NCBI GenBank assembly: GCA_903939735.1
Contig: CAJAIA010000028.1
Span: 115,152-179,151 of the forward strand
From: an uncultured Ignavibacteria bacterium
Lineage (GTDB): Bacteria; Bacteroidota; Ignavibacteria; Kapaibacteriales; Kapaibacteriaceae
DNA length: 64,000 bases
Reading direction: 5' to 3'
Shown here piece by piece: positions 1 through 11,482 of this stretch. The notes under the pieces were generated by a model. The model was not told where the DNA came from and did no database searches. It worked only from the letters and a program-made list of their open reading frames with translations. Made by a program: the position numbers and the translations under genes. Position 1 is the stretch's first letter, and every line of letters starts with the position of its first letter.

Positions 1-3000
1 GTGCGCAGCGCAGTCTGTCCACCGCGGAGCTCAAGCGCGTAAGCACCTGCCGCAAGTGATCCCAGACGGAGATCCACATCCACGACACCCGCTGGGAGAT
101 ACCCTAGTGCCTGCTCAGAAACCATGCCCCCGCGCTGGTCGCGCAGGACTGCCGTCCACGCTTGTGGCTCAGTTGTTGCGATACGCAGACCGATGTGATC
201 TGTCGCTGGCATCGGGCCAAGCACCACGACGCCGTTTCGTGTGAGCTCATCTTCGACGGATGTCGATGGGACCACCGTAACCGTTACTGGTGTGGTTGTT
301 GCCACACCGCAACCGCCGCGAACCACGCATGTGTACGTACCCTCGTCTGCTTTCGACGCCGACGTCACGCTATACTCTGCCGAGGTCGCACCCGCGACAT
401 CTTGTCCGCTACGCTGCCATTGATACGTAAGCGTCGACCCCGTGGCCACCACCTTGAGCGTAAAGCTCTTGTTTTCATCAACCGTCACAGCAGAGGGCTG
501 CGTCGTGATCGCTGTTGGCGTTCCGACAGACACCGTCGCCTGGCGTGATGTTGCCGACGGGTTGCACGATCCTGTGACAACCACGTCGTACTTCCCTGCG
601 CTAGCAGCATTGACCTCTGCAATTCGGAATGTCGGAGTGGTTGCACCAGGAACAGCCGCACCATTCTTGCGCCATTGATACTTTAGCCCGTTACCAGACG
701 CAGCAACTACGAGCTCAACCGAGCCAGTACAGGCAGAAGCATCCTTTGGTTGCTCCGTAATGGCTGGTCCAGCATTGAGCGTGAACACACCGCTCGCAGC
801 AACGTGGCCACGATAGGTCTGGACGCGAATACGATAGCCCGTACCCGGCGCAAGTTTCGCATCTGGCTTCCAAATGAATGAACGCACAGCAAGATCTTTC
901 GCGAGGATTGACCAGGTAGTACCACCGTCTGTCGAAAGTTCGACATAATACTTCTCTGTGGTCTGCATTTCTTCACCCGACCACGTAATCGTGTTGTTCG
1001 AGCCTATGCACCAATCTTCACCGCCACTCGGCGAGCGCAGCGTCAGGAGTCCCGTCGCGTACTTACCAATGTATCCCTCTGCCCCACCGCTCACCGACGC
1101 GCCCGGCACCGAGTCTGAAACAACAAGATCCGTTGAAGTCGTTGCAAGACTGAAGTATGTATCACCTTGGGTGTCCTGTGCAACAGCTATAACTGAATCA
1201 CCTGCAGCACCACCAACAAGCGTTGAGTTCACAATCGACGCCGTGTTGATCACGGAGATGAATCCATCTGATGGCCCCATGCGATCCGTCATGGCACCAA
1301 GACCACTCGTTGGGAAATCGTTCGATGTAGTTGTACCGAACAATACGCCTGTTGCTGTGGCATTCAGATTTGCTACACCAAGAACGTCGTCGTTACCCGT
1401 ACCTCCAAAGTATGTGCACGACACGAGGGCGCGACCATCATCCGACAGGACGGCCATGAAGATGTCGCGCTGTCCCGCGATCTGCGTTTGGAAGCCGCCA
1501 ATCGTTGGAAGATTTGTCGATGTCGTTGTACCAACGACGATTGCGCGTCCGGTTTGATCAACAAAGATGCCCGTTCCAGCATCGTCACCATTGCCACCGA
1601 AATACGTCGAATACGTTCCGTCGTCGCGCTTGGAAAGCGTTCCGTCTGAGAAGAACTTGATCACAAACGCATCGGTATTTCCACCATTAAATGTTCGGTC
1701 GTACGGCAGACGATTTGATGAGAAACGGCCTGGAGTCGGCGCTGTTTCAAAGTTCGACGATGACGTTGTTCCAGTGACAAACGGTTCGCCCCCTGAATTC
1801 ACGGTAACGGCAGTGAAGGACTCAATCCCTTCTTTTCCGAAGTAGGTACTGAACACGAACGCCCCACCGTTTGGCGTCAGACGGCAAAGGAATCCATCCC
1901 GCTGTCCTCCCGGTGTGCGCTGATGCGCAAGTGTTGTTGGGAACTCCGCTGTCGACGTCGTACCACCGGCGACAAAGATGTTGCCGCCGTTATCGATAGC
2001 AACACCTGTTGGCTGATCATCACGGTTTCCACCGATGTAAACGCCTACTTCCAGACGGGACATTGCCTTATCGAGCTTCGCGACGAATCCGTCAATCTGT
2101 GCGCGATAAATCTGACCTGCGGCTCCAGACGACAACGGCAGATTTGGCGACGTCGTTTCACCGACAAAGAGCACAGAACCCGCTGCATCAGTTGTCATGG
2201 CCGTCATTTTATCGTTGCCACTTCCACCGTAGAATGAGTACTGAAGCACCTGTTCCAAATCATTCGACATCAATGCGACGAACGCATCAATCTCACCGGC
2301 AATCGCCTTCTGATACTTTCCGACTGTTTCTGGGAAGGTCAACGCATCGGTTGATCCACCAACAATTACACCATCAGCCGTTACACGCACACCGACTGTT
2401 CGGTCGTAGGAAGGTCCGCCCACATACGTGCCATAAACGATTGGATCAATGCGCAGATGCTTTGTACCGTCATGCCCCTGCACATCAACACCGAAACCAC
2501 CCGTTCGCTCAACGAAGCGCGCTGTTACTGCAGAAGTTGCACCACCAATGAAGTAGGCAAACAGGTCAGACATTGCAATGTTGCCAAGGCTGGTCTTGAG
2601 CGTCACCGATGTAGGAGCCAGGTCGACACCGTCAGCGCCATGAACAGCCACACTGAGAGCCGTCACATCTGCGCCTGGGCGGAGATCAAGATCGTACCGC
2701 ACATGACCGTTCTCGATATAATACAGTGCATCGATGCCACGGTAGATGTTGCGAACGCGCACACGATCGTAGACCGGGATACTGGTGCGCCATGATGAGG
2801 GATTACTTCCGAGGAACATGCTTACACGCGTTGGGAGTGCGTGCTCTGCATGCGCAATACCGCCTTGTGATCCGCTCCATGCAATCTCGACGGCATGCCC
2901 CTGTCGTGTCTGAGCGTCGAGATCGACCTTATGATGGTCCATCACAATGCCCTTCGATGTAATCCAGACATTCAGGTTGTGCTCGCGATGGAGAAACAAC

Positions 3001-3146
3001 ACATGCGAAGGCCACTGTCCGACATTCGGAATAAATCCATTCAACACAGGACGCGTTGCAGTGCCCTGCGCTGCACTGCCATATACAGCAACACAACAGA
3101 TGGCTAGGACAATCGAAAGAACACGTATACAACGAACAATCGACAT
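1..3146 (-). CDS. Secreted T9SS cargo protein, 3' end cut by window edge (SBBP-type beta-propeller repeats, two Ig I-set-like domains, C-terminal sorting domain)
   Basis: Absent from the ORF track because it has no stop inside the window. My block-by-block translation of the minus strand from ATG 3146 (GGAG 6 nt upstream) stays open to position 1 (1048 codons). Signal peptide MSIVRCIRVLSIVLAICCVAVYGSAAQG. Repeated Y(F)GG.g.D....D..G...V.G.T.S..FP units. KYQWRKNG and TYQWQRSG Ig-like pair. Ends in VLGPMPATDHIGLRI...LGSLAAGAYALELRGG, typical of a T9SS type A CTD. Confidence 0.8.
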   Translation of the reverse strand, partial: MSIVRCIRVLSIVLAICCVAVYGSAAQGTATRPVLNGFIPNVGQWPSHVLFLHREHNLNVWITSKGIVMDHHKVDLDAQTRQGHAVEIAWSGSQGGIAHAEHALPTRVSMFLGSNPSSWRTSIPVYDRVRVRNIYRGIDALYYIENGHVRYDLDLRPGADVTALSVAVHGADGVDLAPTSVTLKTSLGNIAMSDLFAYFIGGATSAVTARFVERTGGFGVDVQGHDGTKHLRIDPIVYGTYVGGPSYDRTVGVRVTADGVIVGGSTDALTFPETVGKYQKAIAGEIDAFVALMSNDLEQVLQYSFYGGSGNDKMTAMTTDAAGSVLFVGETTSPNLPLSSGAAGQIYRAQIDGFVAKLDKAMSRLEVGVYIGGNRDDQPTGVAIDNGGNIFVAGGTTSTAEFPTTLAHQRTPGGQRDGFLCRLTPNGGAFVFSTYFGKEGIESFTAVTVNSGGEPFVTGTTSSSNFETAPTPGRFSSNRLPYDRTFNGGNTDAFVIKFFSDGTLSKRDDGTYSTYFGGNGDDAGTGIFVDQTGRAIVVGTTTSTNLPTIGGFQTQIAGQRDIFMAVLSDDGRALVSCTYFGGTGNDDVLGVANLNATATGVLFGTTTSNDFPTSGLGAMTDRMGPSDGFISVINTASIVNSTLVGGAAGDSVIAVAQDTQGDTYFSLATTSTDLVVSDSVPGASVSGGAEGYIGKYATGLLTLRSPSGGEDWCIGSNNTITWSGEEMQTTEKYYVELSTDGGTTWSILAKDLAVRSFIWKPDAKLAPGTGYRIRVQTYRGHVAASGVFTLNAGPAITEQPKDASACTGSVELVVAASGNGLKYQWRKNGAAVPGATTPTFRIAEVNAASAGKYDVVVTGSCNPSATSRQATVSVGTPTAITTQPSAVTVDENKSFTLKVVATGSTLTYQWQRSGQDVAGATSAEYSVTSASKADEGTYTCVVRGGCGVATTTPVTVTVVPSTSVEDELTRNGVVVLGPMPATDHIGLRIATTEPQAWTAVLRDQRGGMVSEQALGYLPAGVVDVDLRLGSLAAGAYALELRGGQTALR

Positions 3147-3319
3147 AACGAACTCCATGGTGATGTTCAGGACGACAGCAGAACCGTACTGCTTACAACA
3201 GACGTGAAAGACATTGAGAGAACAGTTCTGTTACGGTAATTTAGCGGTTGGCATTCAAGATGCAGCTACGTTACTTCGACCGACGTAGTCTCAACACATT
3301 TTTTTCGTCTGAGGTTCGC

Positions 3320-4030
3320 ATGCGCTTAGCCGTCAACATCGATCATGTCGCAACATTGCGCGAAGCACGCGGCGGTATTGAGCCAGATCCGGTGCATGCT
3401 GCGGTGCTCGCCGAACTCGCCGGAGCTTCCGGGATTGTGTGCCACTTGCGCGAAGATCGCCGGCATGTCAACGACCGAGATGTACGTGTTTTACGCGACG
3501 TCGTCACAACAAAGCTCGACCTCGAAATGGCTGCGACGCCAGAGATTATCGGTATCGCCCTAGACATCGTTCCGGACCTCGTCACACTCGTGCCAGAGCG
3601 CCGAGAAGAACTGACGACTGAAGGGGGCCTAGCGGTAATCGGCAACGAAGACTATCTCTCTGATGTCGTCAAGGCATTTCATGACAAGGGCATTCTCGTC
3701 AGTCTCTTCATTGAACCCGACGCTCAGCATATCGACGCTGTTGTCGCCTGCGGCGCAGACATTATCGAGCTCCATACTGGCACGTATGCCAATGCACGCA
3801 ATGCAGCGGCACTCACCATTCAGTTCGAGCGTATCTCTGCCGCGGCGCAGTATGCCGAGAGTGCAGGCTTGATTGTTACGGCAGGTCATGGACTCGACCT
3901 ACGGAACATCGGACCCATCACAACGATCAGCCAGATCGAAGAAGTGTCAATCGGACATGCTCTGGTGCGACACGCCCTGTTCGTTGGTTTCGAACAGGCC
4001 GTGCGCGAATACGTTGCCGCTGTTTCCTAA
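3320..4030 (+). CDS. pdxJ: Pyridoxine 5'-phosphate synthase
   Basis: ORF 3248..4030. The conserved PdxJ N-terminus MRLAVNIDHVATLREARGG starts at ATG 3320. Also CHLREDRRH and ELHTG motifs. Confidence 0.9.
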   Translation: MRLAVNIDHVATLREARGGIEPDPVHAAVLAELAGASGIVCHLREDRRHVNDRDVRVLRDVVTTKLDLEMAATPEIIGIALDIVPDLVTLVPERREELTTEGGLAVIGNEDYLSDVVKAFHDKGILVSLFIEPDAQHIDAVVACGADIIELHTGTYANARNAAALTIQFERISAAAQYAESAGLIVTAGHGLDLRNIGPITTISQIEEVSIGHALVRHALFVGFEQAVREYVAAVS

Positions 4031-4036
4031 CGAGCG

Positions 4037-4785
4037 TTAATCTCTTCCACCAAACGCACTCGCAACGAAGTCCTTGTTCATCTGCGCGATAAACTCTGCG
4101 CTGATGCCCTTAGGACATGCTGCTTCACATTCGTAGTGATTCGTGCATGCTCCAAATCCCTCTGCGTCCATCTGCAGCACCATGTTCATGGCACGTGTTG
4201 AACGCTCGGTTTGGCCTTGCGGGAGCGAGCCCAGGTGGCCGATCTTCGCTGATGTGAACAACATTGCAGATGAGTTAGGACAGGCCGCGACGCACGCACC
4301 GCATCCGATACAGGCTGCTGCGTCCATGGCACGGTCTGCGTCCTTCTTCGAGATCGGAATCGCATTGCCATCCTGAGCGTTGCCAGTGTTCACACTGACA
4401 AATCCACCCTTCTGAATGATGCGATCGAACGATCCACGGTCGACGATGAGGTCGCGCATCACAGGGAATGCACGTGCGCGCCATGGCTCGATGTAGATCT
4501 CGTCGCCATCCTTGAACGTGCGCATATGCAATTGGCACGCAGTTGTTCGTGTAAGAGGTCCGTGCGGACGACCGTTGATGACCATGCCGCATGTACCACA
4601 GATTCCCTCACGGCAATCGTGATCAAACGCGACTGGAACTTCGCCCTTCGTAAGAAGGTCTTCGTTCAACACGTCGAGCATTTCGAGGAAGCTCATGTGC
4701 TCGCTGACGTTCTGCACGTCGTAGGTCTTGAGCATTCCCTGTGCATCGGGTCCTGACTGACGCCAGATATGAAGTCGCAGGTTCA

Positions 4786-4786
<1 letters not shown>
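4037..4786 (-). CDS. sdhB: Succinate dehydrogenase/fumarate reductase iron-sulfur subunit
   Basis: Three Cys clusters: [23 protein letters not shown] and [17 protein letters not shown] junction with sdhA. Confidence 0.9.
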
Positions 4787-6699
<1,913 letters not shown>

Positions 6700-6722
6700 G
6701 TGTGACGTGTCCTTGTTCGATG

Positions 6723-7442
6723 TTACTTCACCACGCCTGCAAGAATTGCAAGCGGTACTGCGGAAAACCCAGCGGCAATGATGAACGAGAGCAGTGGACC
6801 GATACTACGAATCGCGGGAACGATGCGTTTGTTGGTCACACCCATTGTCTGAAATGCACTGGCAATTGCGTGGTTCAAGTGCAGACCCACCATAACCATC
6901 GCGAGCACGTACAGCACTGCGACGAGCGGGATCTGGAAGCTTGCCACAACCATGCGGTAGACATCTGCAACCACGGTGCCGTCTGCTAACGTGTACTGCC
7001 AGCCTGGCTGTCCGACGTAGTTTTCCGCATGAACCACGCCCCATGTGAAGTGCGCGAGGTGGTACAGCACGTAGGTCAGTAGGAGCAGACCAGAGTAGAG
7101 CATTGATCGCGAGGCGATCGTTGAGCGGCGCGGAGTGACCTTCGCATAGGAAGTCGGCCGAGCTGCACGATTACGCCGTGAAAGCGTGATGGCTGCCACA
7201 ACGTGGAGCACAAACATCGACAGCAACCCAAGGCGCACGATCCAGATCACCATTCCATGACCCATCGTGTGCAGCCCGTGGGCATACGAATTGATGTCTT
7301 CTTTGCCCAGGAACACCAACAGGTTACCCGAAAGGTGACCTAACAGGAATCCCACGAGGAGGAGTCCCGTGAGCGCCATCAGCCACTTCTGGAATATGTT
7401 CGACCGCCAAATTTCGCCGAACGCCTTCATGTACATCCCCAT
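6723..7442 (-). CDS. sdhC: Succinate dehydrogenase cytochrome b subunit (b558 type)
   Basis: Five-TM, His-containing membrane protein directly upstream of sdhA. Start could be M1, M3 or M5 of MGMYMKAF. Confidence 0.8.
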   Translation of the reverse strand: MGMYMKAFGEIWRSNIFQKWLMALTGLLLVGFLLGHLSGNLLVFLGKEDINSYAHGLHTMGHGMVIWIVRLGLLSMFVLHVVAAITLSRRNRAARPTSYAKVTPRRSTIASRSMLYSGLLLLTYVLYHLAHFTWGVVHAENYVGQPGWQYTLADGTVVADVYRMVVASFQIPLVAVLYVLAMVMVGLHLNHAIASAFQTMGVTNKRIVPAIRSIGPLLSFIIAAGFSAVPLAILAGVVK

Positions 7443-7560
7443 TGTAGTGGTTCAATGCCCGGTTAAACATCACCCGGCACGGAAAAAGTGCCCGAATTTA
7501 CGAAGTACGGTCGAACCACAGGCTGCAACTGTTTCCCACATCTAAACGTACATTCGCCCC

Positions 7561-8478
7561 ATGCTCACCATAACTGACATTCGTAAGCGTTTCGGCACAC
7601 ACCTTGCCAACGATGGAATCTCCCTCTCCATCGAATCTGGACGCATTTTTGGGTTACTTGGACCGAATGGTGCGGGTAAAACGACGCTCATTCGCATGAT
7701 CACCAACATCATCATGCCAGACGAGGGGCAAATCCTCCTCGACGGTCAGCCGATGGCGTCACTACAACAACACCGCATTGGGTATCTGCCCGAAGAGCGC
7801 GGGCTCTACAAGAAACTTACAGTAGCTGAGCAGCTCACCTATTTCGGTCAGCTCAAGGGCCTGGATGCACGCGAGGCCCTGATGCGCGGCACGGCATGGC
7901 TGCACAAAATGGACGCCGCAGGGTGGGAGTCACGAAAAGTCCAGGAACTCTCGAAGGGCATGCAGCAGAAGGTGCAGTTCATCGCAACGATTTTGCATGA
8001 GCCGTCCTTGCTTATTCTCGACGAGCCGTTCAGCGGTCTCGACCCTGTAAATGCTGATCTGCTGATTTCCGTGATCAAGGAACTCAAAGATCGCGGCACG
8101 TCGATTATCCTCTCGACACACCAGATGGATCAGGTTGAACGGCTTTGCGACGACATTGCCTTGATTCACAAAGGAAAGGTCGTTCTGCAAGGAAATGTTT
8201 CCGATGTGCGGTCGCGTTATCGGTCTAACCGCATCTACATTGAATACACCGGTGATCCATCGCTGCTCGCCGATATCCCTGGTACGTCCCGTGTCCATGC
8301 AACGAACGGACGTCTTGAACTCACGCTTGACGGCGACACAACGCCTCGCCAGGTGTTGACCTATGCGCACAACCTCGTCGATATTGTCAAGTTCGACGTA
8401 AGCTCGCCAACGCTGCACGATATCTTCGTGCGCACGGTAAAGGACGACGCGCCAACTACCACGACGTTGATGCAATAA
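7561..8478 (+). CDS. ABC transporter ATP-binding protein (ABC-2 type, no adjacent permease)
   Basis: Walker A GPNGAGKTT, signature LSKGMQQK, Walker B LLILDEPFSGLD, H-loop STHQM. Confidence 0.85.
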   Translation: MLTITDIRKRFGTHLANDGISLSIESGRIFGLLGPNGAGKTTLIRMITNIIMPDEGQILLDGQPMASLQQHRIGYLPEERGLYKKLTVAEQLTYFGQLKGLDAREALMRGTAWLHKMDAAGWESRKVQELSKGMQQKVQFIATILHEPSLLILDEPFSGLDPVNADLLISVIKELKDRGTSIILSTHQMDQVERLCDDIALIHKGKVVLQGNVSDVRSRYRSNRIYIEYTGDPSLLADIPGTSRVHATNGRLELTLDGDTTPRQVLTYAHNLVDIVKFDVSSPTLHDIFVRTVKDDAPTTTTLMQ

Positions 8479-9022
8479 ACACTACCGAGTTGTAGCCGAC
8501 GGCACCTCGGTTGCTCGATGTGATGTTGGCAATCGAGGTTTGGTATCGTATGGTGAGCGCGCCGCGGCGGAACACCCCGAACGTCAGCTCGACCATCGCA
8601 CTGGGCTGGAATACAGCGCCGTCGTGCAGCTGACCCATAGTGGCCGTCACACCGAGGCCTATTGCGCCCCCTAACCCGAAGCCTCGACGATCACGGGGCA
8701 ATTCGAGGAGCGATAGCGCGAGCGTCAAGGGCACGTGAACCTGCGTGATGGTAAAGGTCTTGTCGAGGTCGACACCAAACACAGGCATCGCTGCCAGGCG
8801 CACTTCGACGGGTCCAAGCGATGTCGGCGCAATCTGCAACACACCTCCCCCACCAACACCAACTCCCGCATACGTGGTGCCGTTGATTGACGTAAACGCC
8901 GGACCAATGTAGAGCTCAGGCGTGACGTCAACAGCAACAGCCCTGATATGACAAATACCGATGATTGCCACAATCAGGGGTATTTTTCGGATACATCGTA
9001 TGATAACTCGACCGTTACGCAT
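8456..9022 (-). CDS. Small outer-membrane beta-barrel protein
   Basis: Track ORF 8456..9229. A credible signal peptide starts at internal ATG 9022 (MRNGRVIIRCIRKIPLIVAIIGICHIRAVA). Alternating beta-strand pattern and aromatic C-terminus ...FIASTSW. Confidence 0.55.
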   Translation of the reverse strand: MRNGRVIIRCIRKIPLIVAIIGICHIRAVAVDVTPELYIGPAFTSINGTTYAGVGVGGGGVLQIAPTSLGPVEVRLAAMPVFGVDLDKTFTITQVHVPLTLALSLLELPRDRRGFGLGGAIGLGVTATMGQLHDGAVFQPSAMVELTFGVFRRGALTIRYQTSIANITSSNRGAVGYNSVVFIASTSW

Positions 9023-9998
9023 CGTTCTCATTGGTTGTGCGGCTCTCATGAGTGCCGCAGTGATCGCCATTCTCACACTTGCATTGCCGGCCAATCTGGA
9101 CGTGCCGACAACTGTGTTTATTGCCCGGGGCACGTCCCTCGCTGCCGCGGTAGACAGTGTGCACCGACATGTCCCTCTCCCCACTCCCATCATCGCAAAG
9201 ATCGCTCTTCGTGTGATGGCACGCATCACACAGCGCTCAGTTCAGGCTGGATGGTACGTGCTGCAACCGGGCGACTCACAGTGGGACGTCATCGTCGGCG
9301 TCCTGAGCGGTCAACGCAGGCCGCATGTGCGCGTGACGATACCCGAGGGGCTAACGTATCGTGAGATCGCTCGCATTCTCTATCGCAAAGCAGAAATCGA
9401 CACTGCTGCATTTGTTGCGTGGTGCGAAGAAGATTCCGTGATTCAGCGCTATGCTCAGGGGGCTCCTAGCATGGAGGGGTATCTGATGCCGGAGACCTAC
9501 GATATTCTCTGGCGCGACGAGGCATCCCACGTTGCCATGTTGATGGCGCGACAGGCACAACGAGTGTGGGGATCACTCAATGCCCCGGACGATCGCCACC
9601 GCACGTTGACACTGGCATCGATTGTCCAAGCTGAGGCAGCGTCAATCCCGGAGATGCCACGCATTGCTGGTGTCTACACCAATCGGCTTGACCGCGGGAT
9701 GCGGCTGGAAGCAGACCCTACGGTTCAGTACGGACTAGGGATGAAACGACGTGTGCGGTATCGCGATTTGAACGAAGCTCATTCCTACAACACCTACGTC
9801 CACACAGGCCTGCCACCTGGTCCGATCTCGAACCCCGGCAAGGCAGCTATGCAGGCAGCTCTGGCACCAGAACAGCATCGATTCCTGTTCTTCGTCGCTC
9901 GGGGCGACGGCACTGGCAAACATCGATTCAGTATCACGGGTGCGGAACATATTGCCAACGTTGCGATCTACCGGCGAGAGCGCGATAGAAAGCCCTAG
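9000..9998 (+). CDS. mltG: Endolytic murein transglycosylase MltG (YceG-like)
   Basis: N-terminal TM LRIVLIGCAALMSAAVIAILTLAL. Motifs GYLMPETY, ASIVQAEA, LEADPTVQYG and YNTYVHTGLPPGPISNPG. ATG 9000 is preferred over ATG 8961. Confidence 0.8.
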   Translation: MITRPLRIVLIGCAALMSAAVIAILTLALPANLDVPTTVFIARGTSLAAAVDSVHRHVPLPTPIIAKIALRVMARITQRSVQAGWYVLQPGDSQWDVIVGVLSGQRRPHVRVTIPEGLTYREIARILYRKAEIDTAAFVAWCEEDSVIQRYAQGAPSMEGYLMPETYDILWRDEASHVAMLMARQAQRVWGSLNAPDDRHRTLTLASIVQAEAASIPEMPRIAGVYTNRLDRGMRLEADPTVQYGLGMKRRVRYRDLNEAHSYNTYVHTGLPPGPISNPGKAAMQAALAPEQHRFLFFVARGDGTGKHRFSITGAEHIANVAIYRRERDRKP

Positions 9999-11482
9999 TT
10001 GTCCTCTATCCACTGCGCACTCTGAATGCCGCGGTCGTCGAATGCCTGAAGACGGAATGTAAACGGACGTGCTGGGTCGCGCTGCGTAACCTCAAAGGTC
10101 TCGAGCCACGACACGGTTGGACGTTCCGACGAAGACGCGCGCAAGTTTCCTGCAAGCCGCTTCACATCTGTGGCGTTCCCATCGAGAATGCGAAGGCGCG
10201 GTCGGTTTACACTCCGGTCACCGGAATAGAACTGCACAACAACAACCTTCGTCCGTGAATCAGAACCACGATTCACACTACGGATGGTCGGCGCAGGGAA
10301 GTTCCGGACTTGGATCGCCTCGGGTGCTCCATCACGCACGCCATCAACTGTCCGTTCGAACGTGAGCGTCCTTCCCGTGTCGCGCGGCGCAACACGGAGG
10401 CGGAGCACCGACTCGGTTACGCTTACAATCTCGCGTTCACCGTCGCGGATAACAGCTCGCACGTTCTCGATCGACGGCAGTCGCGGATCGATCACGTAGT
10501 CCACACCTGGGTAGATTACGTCGGGCACCTTGGCGGGTAGCATTGCGTGTGCAGTAACAACAAAGCTTGCAGTTTTGGTCTGTCCATCACGACGCACAAC
10601 CCGCACCTCCACCGTTACACTACCGGTGCGAGGGGCACGCCCTGAGAGAAGAATCGTACGCTGATCGGTTGTTCGCTGAACATCACCAATCTGTTCCCCA
10701 ATCACCCGAACAGTTGGTAGGCCTACAAGATCCCGCGCGGGATCTGCACCACCGATACTCAACCGGTTTGTCCATTGTCGCTGAGAGACAGTTGCAATGA
10801 CGTCGCGCGCTGGCTCGATCCAGAACTCTCCCAAACTTTGCGCCGTTGCCGTCCGCGATGTTGTGTCGCGGAGAACCAGCGTATCACGTCCACCGGCAAT
10901 CGTAATTACCGTTGGTGCTGATGCATCGTCAACTTCGGTGGTGAGAACAAACTGTGTTGATCCCGTCATCCGCAGACCTGTAGGGATCTCGTCATAATCG
11001 CCGCTGTTTGCGCCACGCGTCCTCACAGGGACACCGCTACCAGAAATCGTCACGCGATAGGTGCGCACCGATGCTTGGTCCAACGAAGGATTCCAGCGAA
11101 AAACAACTGCGTTACGTTGTGGCTGGTGCTCGAGAGCGAACAGGGGTGTCGGCGAGTTACCTGGTTGCACGGTGAGCACCTGACCCGTTTCGACCTCTTC
11201 AATACGCGCCGACAATTCAAGATCAGATACCGTCCCGGTATACCGAATGACATTCAGCGAGTCAAGCGACACAACACGCATGCCCGATGCGCTATCGCGT
11301 TGAAGCTTGCAGGTAAGTCGCATACGGTCGGGACTAAACTCCAAACGAGCGTTAACGATTGCCTGCGTGTCGACAGCATCCTGCATCGGATCGATGCGAT
11401 CTGGCATAAGCAGAACAAGCGCTACCAAGTACAGTACGAAGTAGATCTCGACGCGGCGTCGTTTGCGCTGTGGAGCGATCAT
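9995..11482 (-). CDS. gldM: GldM/PorM-like T9SS motor periplasmic subunit (divergent)
   Basis: Single N-terminal TM with RRRVEIYFVLYLV (Arg-x7-Tyr-Leu-Val, as in the GldM TM), followed by ~460 aa of beta-rich periplasmic sequence. ATGA overlap with the upstream GldL-like gene. Confidence 0.5.
   Translation of the reverse strand: MIAPQRKRRRVEIYFVLYLVALVLLMPDRIDPMQDAVDTQAIVNARLEFSPDRMRLTCKLQRDSASGMRVVSLDSLNVIRYTGTVSDLELSARIEEVETGQVLTVQPGNSPTPLFALEHQPQRNAVVFRWNPSLDQASVRTYRVTISGSGVPVRTRGANSGDYDEIPTGLRMTGSTQFVLTTEVDDASAPTVITIAGGRDTLVLRDTTSRTATAQSLGEFWIEPARDVIATVSQRQWTNRLSIGGADPARDLVGLPTVRVIGEQIGDVQRTTDQRTILLSGRAPRTGSVTVEVRVVRRDGQTKTASFVVTAHAMLPAKVPDVIYPGVDYVIDPRLPSIENVRAVIRDGEREIVSVTESVLRLRVAPRDTGRTLTFERTVDGVRDGAPEAIQVRNFPAPTIRSVNRGSDSRTKVVVVQFYSGDRSVNRPRLRILDGNATDVKRLAGNLRASSSERPTVSWLETFEVTQRDPARPFTFRLQAFDDRGIQSAQWIEDN

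Noticed and set aside
660-721. Apparent pair of compensating frameshifts in the left-edge cargo gene
   Set aside because: This was my own transcription slip of one sequence line. On re-reading, the frame is continuous, and track ORF 707..976 confirms the base count. The gene is not a pseudogene.
3218-3228. Short inverted repeat AGAAC-A-GTTCT upstream of pdxJ
   Set aside because: Only 5-bp arms, which is expected by chance.
8456-9229. 257-aa long form of the small beta-barrel ORF
   Set aside because: The first 69 codons are antisense to mltG and Arg/Ala-rich. The signal peptide begins at the internal ATG 9022.
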